Assembly: GCA_964187785.1 (NCBI GenBank)
Contig: OZ076409.1
Span: forward strand, 17,052,001 to 17,116,000
Direction: 5' to 3'
DNA from: Amphiscolops sp. MND2022
Taxonomy: Eukaryota
Length of the DNA stretch: 64,000 bases
Shown here: positions 36,073-50,700 of the stretch, in pieces
How positions within the stretch are numbered: position 1 is the first letter of the stretch
Layout: every line of letters begins with the position of its first letter
Position numbers and translations under genes: made by a program
The notes under the pieces: model-generated
Database searches by the model: none
The model's input: only the letters and a program-made list of their open reading frames with translations
Told to the model about the DNA's origin: nothing

Positions 36073-38590
36073 TCCCCCAGCCCAAAGAAAACGTAATTTC
36101 AAAAATTGACTTAAAAAACGCTTTCAATTCGATAAACCGACCATTCATGCTAGAAAAAATTTTCGAAATACTCCCTGAAGTTTATAGCTACACACACTCG
36201 GCATACAGTTGGCCAAGTTTTCTTTTATACGGTGATTCAGGTATCAAAACTTGTGAAGCAACCCAGCAAGGATTTCCTGAGTTTCCAGCTTTTTTGGATT
36301 CCATTCAAGATCTGATTGGCAGTTTGGAGTCGAAAATAAACTCATGGTATCTCGATGAGGGAAGTTTAAGTGATGATTACAGAACTACCATAAAAAATCT
36401 CGGAAAAATTGATGTAGCGGAAAAAACGCTGGGACTTCTGATTACACCGACGAAAAGCGAATTTGTTCTTATAGTGACATCTTGAAAAATGACCATCGAT
36501 ATTTTCAATATCTGTCTACAAAAGCTGCCCCGAGAAGAAAACAACATCGGATGATGAACTTATTGCTCTTGGTTCACAGCTCGACGAGAAATTGCAGGGT
36601 GACTTTGGACAATATGTTATTGAACTGAAAAAAGTTGATGGACTTGTTTTAAACTGGTTTCGTAAGATGGTTTGAATGTTGAAAAACCACTTCAGTTTGC
36701 CAACATTGTTGTGTTTCTTGAAAGACAGTACTTGCTTTAATCATTGAGCTCTGTTGGAAAAGTATAACAAAACCGAACGCGACTAACTTTGAAAAATGCG
36801 AAACGTCATTTCTGACAAAACTTCCAGTATTCAGTTGGCTGTGCCCGCTGCAATAGGAAACCTTGTGTTTCATCCGCATCAATATAAGCACTTCCCGACT
36901 TCTTGGTCCCAGCTTTTGTGGCGAATGACTTTCTCAAGACCATTTTTTCGGAAGCCTTCGAAGATGTTTTGTTCACTAAAGCGTTTGAGAAATGGTTGAG
37001 TTTGACGAATGAACCCAGAAAAATTGGACACAACCTGTCTTCGTCAAAACCGCACAAGAATTGATTTCTAGAATGGATGACAAATCTTCGAATAATTTCA
37101 ACGCTCATCAAGGGAAATTCGGGTCTCAATGGCTGAACGTTGTTTCTTGCAACAACCTAGGCCTGGAATTTGATGATCAGCAGCTCCGGATTTCAATTGG
37201 TTCACGTCTCGGAGACATCATCCGTGTTGAGCAACGTTCCACTGTGGTAAGAGTTGATCCGGACGGCTGATCGGTGAGGATTAGACAGTCTCTCTTGCAC
37301 CAAGATAACAATTAAAAACCTCCGCTTAAAAACGTCGCTCAAAGAATTTGAAATTTTAATTTCGATTCAGTTGCCGCTCATTGCTTCCATGTCTTTAAGA
37401 AGACCTGTCTGAAGAAATGCAAGAACTAGAATCACATTTCGCCACCATACCAACACCCAGACAGAGCGCGATTTACAAAACTGCAGAAGAGACAAGTGGA
37501 GACTCATTTCGAAGAACTGCTCATAACACCAAGACGGATTATGCACAAACTAGCGCTTCTCTCAGCAAGTTTGCTAGATACGATGATAACTTAGTCAGTC
37601 AGATTGCCTAATCAAACATACAGTGCTTGTGCTCCCCTGCTGATGATTGCCAACGTGCCGTAATATTTTAACTGTGCTGTATATCATCGTTCTCGTGTTG
37701 TACTAGCTCGTGAGCTACGATTTCAAAATGTCTTGCACCCCTTATAAAATGCACGTTTAACACCACTCTACCCTTTTCATCAAGCGCTGTGTATGCGATA
37801 GGTCCAAAGAAAAAGCGTAATTGACAATTCTTCCCTGACGGGGTTGTTTTTACCCTACGGAGGCGATTTGGATCAATGGTTATGGGCGCCTGTCACGGAC
37901 AAACCCCATGCCATGTGTTCCTCCATCTCTTTCAACAGAGAAGCAACGGTGGCATCTTGCCGTTTCAAAGAGTGCTGGTTGCTGCTCACCTCATGCTAAT
38001 CGCAATTATCTCATGAAGCAGACGTTGGACTGTACCGAATTTATGGCAAACGACAAGACGGTGATACCATGATTCCTGTTGAATTTGGTAAGCAGCTGGT
38101 GTGGGATGTCATGGTTGTTCATGCTCTTGCACCCAGTCGCCTGAATCAAGGCTCCTTATCCAACCCGGGATCTACTGCCACCGGGGCTGAAACGAGAAAT
38201 ATTGAGAAGTATTGCGAATCGATAGACAATGGATAACTTTTTCAACCATGGAAATACAGGGTTCTTTCGAAAAAGGCACTGAAGTTTTCATTACGAGTCT
38301 CTGTAGAATGCTTGTTTGTTCTCTCGGTGATTAACGAGCTGGCATTTTTTTGAAGTAACGGATCTCAATGGCTCTTCAGGTCGGCCAAAGTATTGTTTAA
38401 ACCGGTTGATTGGGATAGTTGCTGGTATGGGTAGTTTGTTGGTTGTTTTGTGTTGCTACTTGTCTACTGGGATAGTGGCTGGTTTGCGGTTTCCTTCTTC
38501 CGTTGCAGACCTTGGGTATGTGTCTTCTCTCCTAACATGATGACACACGTGGCACTGGATTGATGATGAAGATCCATGATATCTGATATT
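36073..38590 (+). mobile_element. Decayed CRE-like non-LTR retrotransposon, copy 3 (interrupted ~37303-37960)
   Basis: KIDLKNAFNSI, TQQG, WYLDEG, HQGKFGSQWLNVV and KRQDG...LVWDV; the 3' UTR matches copies 1 and 2 in inverted orientation. Confidence 0.88.
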
Positions 38591-39474
38591 GGAAAATATT
38601 TTCATTTTCTGTCAAACTGTTTGTAAGAAAAGAAAAAACTTCTTCGAAATGCTTTGTTTACAATGGCTACCGAAAAACTACGAACAATGAGAAAAAGTTC
38701 AATTCAACTTACACTACATGATAGAACGATTGCACAGAAAATCTCTTAGAAACCAACACTTTACTAACAGAAAGCGCATCTCGCTGGACCTGGAATTATC
38801 TTATTTATCTTGGACATGGGAAGTGGAGAAAGGTTTGGCTTTCCTGTTGTAGTATCTCAGTTTAGATTGGAGAGGTAGCATTTAGTTTCAGACTTTGGAA
38901 AATGTTGGGGGAAGAATAAATCAAGCTTCTCCTTAAAGATTAGACCAGAGTCTTTTTGTTACGGCGGATTTAACTGACTACGAAGGAACAAAGTCTCTTA
39001 TCAAATATCAACCTTATCTCATTTCTATTTTTATTCCTTATTAGTATCAGTAGTGGCGAGTCCCGTCGTTACCAAGGGTATTTTTTGATTTATTTCACAG
39101 TCCCGCCCGGATACGACAGTTTGTTGTTTCTTCCCGATACATTAATTTCGAATCCTGAGAAATTAACAAAGTTGAACGAACCCCGGAAACCATGTTTTGA
39201 TTTGCTGATAACAAAAGTAATTTTCTCAAAGTATAGATGGCTGAACTTAAGACGTTTCATATTTTTTAAATTTTCGAAAAATCCGTTTAAAAGTTTTCTG
39301 TTTTTCTTTTGCCTAAGCGACAATGACTACACAGAACAGCAAACAAAAATTTTTGTCAGTTTGTATGTTGGTATTGAAATTAGAGTCTGACTCTATTCCT
39401 CCACCATCATAGGTTTCTCGAGCATCTGGACTTGCGAGTATTCTGTGTGTTTATTGAAACATCTCCACGTCTTC

Positions 39475-40178
39475 TTTGTCGGCGTGACTTAGCACAATCA
39501 TTTTCCAAAAATTGGAAGTTGTCAGCTCCGCCGATGCTTCTGCGGGAACCAACAATTTTTGATAGGGGGTGTACCATTGCATTGTTGGTTCCCGCAGAAG
39601 CATCGGCGGAGCTGACAACTTCCAATTTTTGGAAAATGATTGTGCTGTCAACTTTGTCGTTAAGAAGCTGATGTTGTTGCCTTTCCTCTACGAGCGCCTC
39701 AAGGGGCGCGCTCATAGTCATCCTGTAAGCAGTCCACCTGGTGCAATAACATTTCATTTCGATACTGAAGACCTTGATGTGACTTTTTTTGTCCCGCTGC
39801 CTACTCTCTCAACATTTCCACTAGACTCTTTTCAATCAACTTTTAGACCGGAACAAGGCATTTGACGCCAAAAAGTCCAGTTGAATATTTTGTCACAGTG
39901 TGCAGAGGGACACGAAAAGCTAGTTGAAGATCTGCAGCGTCGATATGGAAAGTTGTTGCAGCAATTGAACTGGTTAGAGAACGACTCTGATCAAGACATT
40001 GAGGAACGTTAAGACCAAATGCTGAAGCATCAGCTACCCAAACCCAATTTTGTTAGCTGTGATGCAAAGGGACACCACCATGCCCTCTATCAAAAGTTGT
40101 TGGTTCCCGCAGAAGCATCGGTGGAGCTGATAACTGCCCTATGTGGGAAATTCATTGTGCTGAGTCACGCCGACAAAG
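39475..40178. repeat. Inverted-repeat structure: perfect 66-bp hairpin (39491-39556 / 39581-39646) plus a diverged third copy (40070-40178)
   Basis: Arms read base by base as exact reverse complements with a 24-nt loop. 40070-40178 is a diverged reverse complement of 39475-39580. Confidence 0.9.
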
Positions 40179-41647
40179 TTTACTCAGAACCATCGATCGG
40201 CAGCGCGTAAGTCTCAGCGCCTTGAAATCGTGAAAGCTAGAATCACTGGTACTTCCTCGGGACAGATCGTATTAGCTACAATTGTAATTTCCAGCTTTGT
40301 ACAACTCTGGGTATGTATAGAACTACTCCTGCGCGTTCAATGCGCCGCTTTCATTTCATCTTTCTTCCTAGGAACATGCTGCTGTCTATATTGGAAAAAG
40401 AAATTGTTTTCAACTTCGTTTCCATTCTGTGTATTTGACACTTTTGGAACTCATGTAGATTCCAATTGCTTGTTGTTTCGTTTACAATGCGATTGTAGAG
40501 GAAATCGCATTTGTTTTTCTGAAAGATTTCGTTGTTCATTTTCTACTACTTTCAAATGGGAACTCTGAACCTGGACTGTAGCAAAAGTTTTTTCGACCGA
40601 CGTGAGAACAACAGTTAATTTATCTTTTTATCAGTATGAGAACTGGCAAAGCCGGTTGACAGTTTTTTTTTCATTTTACAACCCCGTTGATCCCCGAAGG
40701 TTTGTTGTTTCTTCAGATAACTTACTGTTAAATTCTTAGTAGGGTATAAATAGATGTAGCAAAGTTGGATAGCTCCAAAACATCTTTTATCTGTATTAGA
40801 TCATTCATCGAGTTGACGAAACCTGATTACAGTCTTTAACATTGACCTGTTGATATGTGAACTTTTTCGGGTTCCGACGTTGAAGCTATAGTTAGTCACT
40901 TGCACTTTGACGTTTCGTCCACTAGATAGTTCCCAACGTTTGCTCCGAAATCATCCGTTAATATTGTTCTTGCCTCTTGATTTCCTAGAATCGAGCCATT
41001 CGGGAAGATTTGATGCTTTTTGGTGTTTCTCTGTGATGACGCTACAAATAAATAGGCGTCCGTTTATCAGCACTGATGCTTCCGTCGTTTCTGTGGGGTG
41101 ATCTACTCTACTAGCGTGGTATATCCTATTCCTTTTCCACTCGCGTTCAACAAAATTACCGAGTACTTGAATTATTTGAATTTGTAGAGACCGAATCATC
41201 CACTTTTTCTAAATTTTATTGTGTGAGACGAAACAAAACGTTTCCTTCCCGAAACCCGGCAACCAAACTTTTTTTCATTCCACATCAGACGGCAGGTCTC
41301 GATTTGCAACTTATGAGATAAAAAGCAGGTATTCTTTCTGACTTCTGGTGGGAATACGAAACGTCGGCATACACTGCCGATTTGTTCATTTACGACATCG
41401 TGCATGGTGCCTGAAAACGACAAGTCTTCATTGATTGTTCCCCTTTGTTCGTGTTGAAGAGCACTGTGCCACGTTTCACTAGCTGCGGTTTCGTGTCACC
41501 GCAAGTACAGTTAGTTTCCTCGGTAAGAGATTGAAACGTGGTACACACGATTTGGTCAAAACCGTAACCATGTCTTTTGATTTGTTTTCTGCAATCTGTT
41601 TCCCTATTTTTACAAGTACAAAACAGATAAAACACTCGCAGTCTTCA

Positions 41648-41720
41648 GGTGTCATCTAGTTTGCTCTTTTCCACCGACCATCAGGTATCATCTAGTTTGC
41701 TCTTTTCCACCGACCATCAA
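41648..41720 (+). repeat. 36-bp tandem duplication
   Basis: GGT(G/A)TCATCTAGTTTGCTCTTTTCCACCGACCATCA occurs twice, just downstream of the Gypsy integrase end. Confidence 0.9.
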
Positions 41721-41779
41721 GTTTTCTTGAAAAAACACCTCGTCGCCGTCGAAACGGGTCATTGACATTTTAAAAAGGT

Positions 41780-44700
41780 AGGCACCAAAACGTTTTGGGA
41801 CTGAGCGTAGGCGACGGCTCGGCTCTCTTGGCAGCGACGTGGGCTTCATTTTTTGTGATTTGGTTTTCAAGCTTCTGTGTGTTTTCTCCACGTTTCGTTG
41901 GCTGGTCCTGTTTGAATAGTTTCCGCTGGTTCGGATATCGTTGACTTTCCAGGACATTCTGTTGAAGGTTTTCACCATGGCTGGTTCCGATTTGTTTTTG
42001 TTGTGTCTTTACAGGATCAGTTAAGTTTTGGATCTCTCGTTTTGCAGAATCTTTATCCTCCTCAATGGATGTTTCAGACTGCCTTTCTTCCGGTACTTTG
42101 TTTCACAGCAAATTTCTGCCCCGATTGGAAATGTCTTCTTGCTTTGGTAATGAACATTTGCTTCCTTCTTTGTTTCACCGGGTTGTACTCGAAAATTGAG
42201 ATTTTTTCTCAGAATGTGTATCGTCCCTTGTATGAAGAAGCCAACTTGTTTGTTTCACCCTTCTTCAAGGTCGAGAAAAATACGAGTTCCGTCGGGAAAA
42301 CTGGCCCATAGGCTCTGTAATCTGAGTAGGTCTTCTGTCGAGTTTGTTCAACTTCAATCTCTTATCCTGCAAGATGTTGTGATTTCTGCAGTTCTTTTAC
42401 CATATTGTGCACGTAATCATTTGATGTTGGCAATAAATTCGTATGACGAGTGTCGCACATACAAACAACCGGCAGCCACAAAAATGGTCAACTTACTAAA
42501 TCATTTAGACACTTCTTAGTAACTGTATAAATTGATGATCTGTAGATCATCATCAGTAGCTGTGTATAACAATTTCAATTATGTTTATGGCCGAGATACA
42601 TGGACAAAATCTCCTCGATGTTTCGATGTGTCCCTTCTATTACTGCATATTCTTTTCCGGATGAAAAGATGTAGCCTGTACTGTGTTTTATCGATGCCCA
42701 GAATATAGCACATTCCATTGAAAATATATGACATAAGAAGTTGTTCCTTTGTCAGAGTGAAGATTTACTGATAATCGAATTTGTAATCTACTCTTCAATT
42801 AGAACATGCGCCGCTGTTTTTGTTATGTGATTTGGCATGGCCACGGTTTCGTATCACTTTGTGAATTGGAATCCAATGAGTAGGATATAACTATTCTTCG
42901 GCAGCGTGCCCACGACATCCAATGAAATTTGCTGTAACGGGTGACTAGGTTTCCAAGTTTTCAAACTATGGCAATGTTTTTGAGGCGTCTCTATTCTTCT
43001 AAGACATTTATAACAGCCTTCGACCAGTCCTTTGACATCTCGAGTCTTTCCAGGCCAGAAACACCGTTCTTTAGCTCTTTGATATGTTTTGTCTACACCG
43101 AAGGTCACTCATGGAGCAACTGTAAAGTTTTTGATACCCGATTCTGATTCTCACCAGCAATGAGTTGAAGTAAGTACTTTCCTGTCTTCTCTAATGTCTT
43201 GACACAATATAATATGTCAACAATTATTTTCAATTTCAAAAACATTTTTGAATTCAACCCAGAATAGGAGTAATTTTTCGAGGCTCACGTCAAGTTACGC
43301 CAATCTGGCCCTTTTTTAACAACCCTATTCAGAACTTGTTTAAGGTTGCTGACCTGTTGCTGACTTATTTTAGTGTTTCACCGAACTGTTTTTTAATATT
43401 TTGCAAAATTGTCCATACATTCGCATCCTCAAGTTCTAGCGGCACTCCTGCTGATAACGCTACAATGAAAGGTACGAACATCTTCTCCTCCGGTAACGCT
43501 CTGGATAGACAACCGGCATGAGTGATTTTCTTGCCATCTTGGTATTGTTTGTCAAATTCAAACATACCTAACTTCTCTATACAGTTAGCGATCATGCTAC
43601 CAGGATCCTAGAAGCTGCATAGTCTTTCCAACGCTTTGTGATCCTGTTACAATCTGACTAGTTTTGCAAGTCAGTGCGATGACTCAAACAAATCCCTCCT
43701 GGTTTTGTTTGCGGATCGGCCCAATTCCCTTGAGTAAAGCGTCTAAAGCGTCGGTTGTCAGCGTGTATGTTCCGTGGTTATAGGGATACACTACAATGGG
43801 CAGTGATCAAAACTTCGCTCTAGGTCTAGTAGAGCAACTCCGAATCCTTTCCTCCACTGCGTTTTCTATTCGTTTTCTAAAAGGTTGTACAATGGCGATT
43901 ACCGGGATAAATTTCCGATAGAAACTACTTTGCCCCGAAACTGCTCTAACCTCCTTCAAGATTGTAGGTGATATTTTCCCAACAGTTTACATTTTTATCT
44001 CGATTGACTTTTACTCTACTTAAAGATATTACATGTCCAACGAAAAATATAGTTTTTTTAAAAAAAAAATGAACTTCAATGCAGTCACTTTCATTACCCT
44101 TTCAGCAAGGCATAGAAAAACGTTTCCCAACCAATGTAGGTGTTTTTGAAAAGTAGTCCCAGAAGCAATGATATCATTAATGTTTATAGAAGCAAGCTAC
44201 AACATACGAAGGCCCGCTGAAAACAGTTTTGGAAAGCTCAAGTTGGTTATGCTAGCCCGATGGGCATGGCTTTTGTTTAATAAAGGCCCATAGGATATGA
44301 AAAACTGCGAGGTTTTGACTTTTTTCTTTGAGAACTGGTCAAAAGTATCCAGTTGATTTGTCAATTCTGGAGAAAAACATCTTGCCTCTAGGCGAAACAG
44401 ACATCATTGATTCTCGGAAACAGCCACAATGTTTGCACATTTAGCTTGCTCAATCTTTTGTAGTCGACCGCCGACTGGTAAGAACCCTTTTGTAGTACTA
44501 GTACACTAGGGACTGTCGAATCTGAATGAGTTGGCGTTACAAGATCAGCTTGTGCTAGACCTTCTACAAATTGTTCGATAGCTCTCTTTTTGTCAAACCT
44601 CAAGTTTCCAAACGCTTCTGTGAATCGTTTGGTATCGGTTCAACTTGAATTGGTGTTCGAGTTGGTGTTCGAATTAGTTGGTAAAATGCAAATGGTTTGA

Positions 44701-47700
44701 ATTTCGTGAAGAAATTTGATGTATTTTTGACAAAGCAGTCTCTCATTGCCAAGTTGCTTTTTCGTCAAACGTTTGTCTTCTGGTTTCACATGTTTATAGA
44801 AGTCAAAACATTTGATAGTTGCAATTGTGTCGTTTTGTTTTAGAAACCGCTGTAACTCGCCCGTATCTAATGGATCCAGCTAGCTACCCGCGGTTTCTGA
44901 TAGACCATTAACTCAGCTTTGATTATATTGAGACGTCTGACACAGCAGGTTCCGTCGTTAACTTGATCAAAGCGTACTCAACCCATGATTCTTGTTGCTC
45001 CCGGGAACGAATTAACTGGAGTAAAAATTCCTTGGAAAAACAATACTTGTGAACCGCTGTTGGTTTTGCATGAAACTCCAACAATCGGTTGATTTTCTTA
45101 CAAAACATTTTCTTCTTTTTCACATACAGTAGAGAAAGTCGATTTCCTACAGAGAGTAGAATAAATCGTTTAAAGAAATCAATCTGGCTACCTAAAACTT
45201 GGGCTCCAATTCTCCCAAACGATCAATAGGTTCAACATTTCTTTTTATTGGCAATGAGCAATTTAGGAGAGGTTAAAATTTTTCCTTCGAAAAGTTCTAT
45301 CGTTTCCATGAAATCCAATGTCTGCAATTTTGACTACCTTATTAGAGAAATAATACTCCCATTATCAACAAAACAAAGGCAGAAGTTTTTGTTCCTTGTA
45401 TTCGAAATGTTGCACATAAAGCCTGTGTGTTTATCTGAGTTATCACCTGTTATTACTTTTTTGAATATCACTTTGTTAGACGAACGTCGACCCACGACCA
45501 CATTAGCTTCTGAACCTTTAGCCTCCCAACATATTATTTTAAAGAAGGGAACCTTTGCTGATAATGCCGAGAGCTAGCACAGCTGTATCAGTTTCTGTAT
45601 TGTCCCGCCTGGTGACCATTTTGATCCCATTAATAGCAGCCATCTTTATAAAACCTCACCTTTCTGTCAGTTGTTCAAACCTTCTCTCGTGAAGGGGATC
45701 TATGTTGCTTCGCAGATAACCTTCCAGGCGTAGGGGGTCTGTAGTTGCTTCATCTCTGGTTCTCAAGACCTCTTCATGGTCAACTTCTAATTGTTTTTAA
45801 CTTTCTTTCGGGCTGCTTCTTAACTGGTTTCCCTCATGGAATTCCTTGCGGTTGGTATTTCGCGATTCCCACGAGAGTGGCAGTGCTTTTGCTAACTGAA
45901 TAATTGACTCAATTTGTTTTCGTTTTTGTCGAGTTGTAGCATTGCTACTCTGGGCTCTTTCTCCTTATCCCCAATTCTTTTGAGATCTTCCCTACGTAAT
46001 GCCGTTTCCAGAAGCCTCTTGGTGTTCATTTCTGCAAACCCATTCATTTTTCTTGTCCCCCAATGTACATGGCTACTTCTAATTCCCTCTAGCCATCTAG
46101 CCAGCCGCGCACTCCTAAAGGGTCTTTAATCTTTTAGAACTCCCCCTGGAATGCTTTTATTTGCTAAGCACTGTAAATCTCCCCAAAAATCTGTTAACTT
46201 TTTCTCGGTTGTCGTACTCTTCCTGCCAGCCGAGCCCGAAACACCACTGGTTTCTCAATTTAAAGCATTCGGAAAGCCTGTTTTGACTTTTCACACTTCT
46301 TCTTTTGCGTTCATCCGTATGCATTCAGTAAAAATTTATCGCTGACATTTCAAGAGGTAGCACAAAGTTGTGCGGCCCGCTGAAAATCAGTTTCGGAATG
46401 CTCAAGTTGTTTATTCGAGCCCGATGGGCATGGTTTTTGTTTAAAAAAGGCCCATAGGAATTGAAAAACTGCGAGGTTCTGACTTTTTTCTTTGAGAACT
46501 GGTCAAAAGTATCCAGATGATAAGTCAATTCTGGAGAAAAACATCTTGCTTCTAGGCGAAACAAAGACATCATTGATTCTCGGTAAGGGCCACAATGTTT
46601 GCACATTTAGCTTGCTCAATCTTTTGTAGTCGACCGCCAACTGGTAAGAACCCTTTTGTAGTACTAGTACACTAGGGACTGTCGAATCGGAATGAGTTGG
46701 TGTTACAAGATCAGCTTGTGCTAGACCTTCTACAAATTGTTCGATAGCTCTCTTTTTGTCAAACCTCAAGTTTCCAAACGCTTCTGTGAATCGTTTGGTA
46801 TCGATTCAACTTGAATTGGTGTTCGAGTTGGTGTTCGAATTAGTTGGTAAAATGCAAATGGTTTGAATTTCGTGAAGAAATTTGATGTATTTTTGACAAA
46901 GCAGTCTCTCATTGCCAAGTTGCTTTTTCGTCAAACGTTTGTCTTCTGGTTTCACTTGTTTATAGAAGTCAAAACATTTGATAGTTGCAATTGTGTCGTT
47001 TTGTTTTAGAAGCCGCTGTAACTCGCCCGTATCTAATGGATCCAGCTAGCTACCCGCGGTTTCTGATAGGGCATTAACTCAGCTTTGATTATATTGAGAC
47101 GTCTGACACAGCAGGTTCCGTCGTTAACTTGATCAAAGCGTACTCAACCCATGATTCTTGTTGCTCCCGGGAACGAATTAACTGGAGTAAAAATTCCTTG
47201 GAAAAACAATACTTGTGAACCGCTGTTGGTTTCGCATGAAACTCCAACAATTGGTTGATTTTCCTACAAAACAGTTTCTTCTTTTTCACATACAGTAGAG
47301 AAAGTCGATTTCCTACAGAGAGTAGAATAAATCGTTTAAAGAAATCAATCTGGCTACCTAAAACTTGGGCTCCAATTCTCCCAAACGATCAATAGGTTCA
47401 ACATTTCTTTTTATTGGCAATGAGCAATTTAGGAAAGGATAAAATTTTTCCTTCGAAAAATTCTATCGTTTCCATGAACTCCAATGTCTGCAAATTTGAC
47501 TACCTTATTAGAGAAATAATACTCCCATTATCAACAAAACAAAGGCAGTAGTTTTTGTTTCTTGTATTCGAAATGTTGCACATAAAGCCTGTGTGTTTAT
47601 CTGTGTTATCACCTGTTATTACTTTTTTGAATATCACTTTGTTAGACGAACGTCGACCCACAACCACATTAGCTTCTGAAACTTTAGCCTCCCAACATAT

Positions 47701-50700
47701 TATTTTAAAGAAGGGAACCTTTGCTGATAATGCCGAGAGCTAGCACAGCTGTATCAGTTTCGGTATTGTCCCGCCTGGTGACCATCTTGATCCCATTAAT
47801 AGCAGCCATCTTTATAAAACCTCACCTTTCGGTCAGTTGTTCAAACCTTCTCCCGTGAAGGGGATCTATGTTGCTTCGCAGATAACCTTCCAGGCGTAGG
47901 GGGTCTGTAGTTGCTTCATCTCTGGTTCTCAAGACCTCTTCATGGTCAACTTCTAATTGTTTTTAACTTTCTCTCGGGCTGCTTCTTAACTGGTTTCCCT
48001 CATGGAATTCCTTGCGGTTAGTATTTCGCGATTCCCACGAGAGTGGCAGTGCTTTTGCTAACTGAATAATTGACTCAATTTGTTTTCGTTTTTGTCGAGT
48101 TGTTCATTGCTACTCTGGGCTCTTTCTCCTTATCCCCAATTCTTGTGAGATCTTCCCTACGTAATGCCGTTTCCAGAAGCCTCTTGGTGTTCATTTCTGC
48201 AAACCCATTCATTTTTCTCGTCCCCCAACGTACATGGCTACTTCTAATTCCCTCTAGCCATCTAGCCAGCCGCGCACTCCTAAAGGGTCTTTAATCTTTT
48301 AGAACTCCCCCTGGTATGCTTTTATTTGCTAAGCACTGTAAATCTCCCCAAAAATCTGGTAACTTTTTCTCGGTTGTCGTACTCTTCTTGCCAGCTGAGC
48401 CCGAAACACCACTGGTTTCTCAATTTAAAGCATTCGGAAAGCCTGTTTTGACTTTTCACACTTCTTTTTTGCGTTCATCCGTATGCATTCAGTAAAAAGT
48501 TATCGCTGACATTTCAAGAGGTAGCACAAAGTTGTGCGGCCCGCTGAAAACTAGTTTCGGAATGCTCAAGTTGTTTATTCGAGCCCGATGGGCATGGTTT
48601 TTGTTTTAAAAAGGCCCATAGGAATTGAAAAACTGCGAGGTTCTGACTTTTTTCTTTGAGAACTGGTCAAAAGTATCCAGATGATAAGTCAATTCTGGAG
48701 AAAAACATCTTGCTTCTAGGCGAAACAAAGACATCATTGATTCTCGGTAAGGGCCACAATGTTTGCACATTTAGCTTGCTCAATCTTTTGTAGTCGACCG
48801 CCAACTGGTAAGAACCCTTTTGTAGTACTAGTACACTAGGGACTGTCGAATCGGAATGAGTTGGTGTTACAAGATCAGCTTGTGCTAGACCTTCTACAAA
48901 TTGTTCGATAGCTCTCTTTTTGTCAAACCTCAAGTTTCCAAACGCTTCTGTGAATCGTTTGGTATCGGTTCAACTTGAATTGGTGTTCGAGTTGGTGTTC
49001 GAATTAGTTGGTAAAATGCAAATGGTTTGAATTTCGTGAAGAAATTTGATGTATTTTTGACAAAGCAGTCTCTCATTGCCAAGTTGCTTTTTCGTCAAAC
49101 GTTTGTCTTCTGGTTTCACTTGTTTATAGAAGTCAAAACATTTGATAGTTGCAATTGTGTCGTTTTGTTTTAGAAGCCGCTGTAACTCGCCCGTATCTAA
49201 TGGATCCAGCTAGCTACCCGCGGTTTCTGATAGGGCATTAACTCAGCTTTGATTATATTGAGACGTCTGACACAGCAGGTTCCGTCGTTAACTTGATCAA
49301 AGCGTACTCAACCCATGATTCTTGTTGCTCCCGGGAACGAATTAACTGGAGTAAAATTTCCTTGGAAAAACAATACTTGTGAACCGCTGTTGGTTTTGCA
49401 TGAAACTCCAACAATCGGTTGATTTTCCTACAAAACAGTTTCTTCTTTTTCACATACAGTAGAGAAAGTCGATTTCCTACAGAGAGTAGAATAAATCGTT
49501 TAAAGAAATCAATCTGGCTACCTAAAACTTGGGCTCCAATTCTCCCAAACGATCAATAGGTTCAACATTTCTTTTTATTGGCAATGAGCAATTTAGGAAA
49601 GGATAAAATTTTTCCTTCGAAAAATTCTATCGTTTCCATGAATTCCAATGTCTGCAAATTTGACTACCTTATTAGAGAAATAATACTCCCATTATCAACA
49701 AAACAAAGGCAGTAGTTTTTGTTTCTTGTATTCGAAATGTTGCACATAAAGCCTGTGTGTTTATCTGTGTTATCACCTGTTATTACTTTTTTGAATATCA
49801 CTTTGTTAGACGAACGTCGACCCACAACCACATTAGCTTCTGAAACTTTAGCCTCCCAACATATTATTTTAAAGAAGGGAACCTTTGCTGATAATGCCGA
49901 GAGCTAGCACAGCTGTATCAGTTTCGGTATTGTCCCGCCTGGTGACCATCTTGATCCCATTAATAGCAGCCATCTTTATAAAACCTCACCTTTCGGTCAG
50001 TTGTTCAAACCTTCTCTCGTGAAGCGGATCTATGTTGCTTCGCAGATAACCTTCCAGGCGTAGGGGGTCTGTAGTTGCTTCATCTCTGGTTCTCAAGACC
50101 TCTTCATGGTCAACTTCTAATTGTTTTTAACTTTCTCTCGGGCTGCTTCTTAACTGGTTTCCCTCATGGAATTCCTTGCGGTTAGTATTTCGCGATTCCC
50201 ACGAGAGTGGCAGTGCTTTTGCTAACTGAATAACTGACTCAATTTGTTTTCGTTTTTGTCGAGTTGTTCATTGCTACTCTGGGCTCTTTCTCCTTATCCC
50301 CAATTCTTGTGAGATCTTCCCTACGTAATGCCGTTTCCAGAAGCCTCTTGGTGTTCATTTCTGCAAACCCATTCATTTTTCTCGTCCCCCAACGTACATG
50401 GCTACTTCTAATTCCCTCTAGCCATCTAGCCAGCCGCGCACTCCTAAAGGGTCTTTAATCTTTTAGAACTCCCCCTGGTATGCTTTTATTTGCTAAGCAC
50501 TGTAAATCTCCCCAAAAATCTGGTAACTTTTTCTCGGTTGTCGTACTCTTCTTGCCAGCTGAGCCCGAAACACCACTGGTTTCTCAATTTAAAGCATTCG
50601 GAAAGCCTGTTTTGACTTTTCACACTTCTTTTTTGCGTTCATCCGTATGCATTCAGTAAAAAGTTATCGCTGACATTTCAAGAGGTAGCACAAAGTTGTG

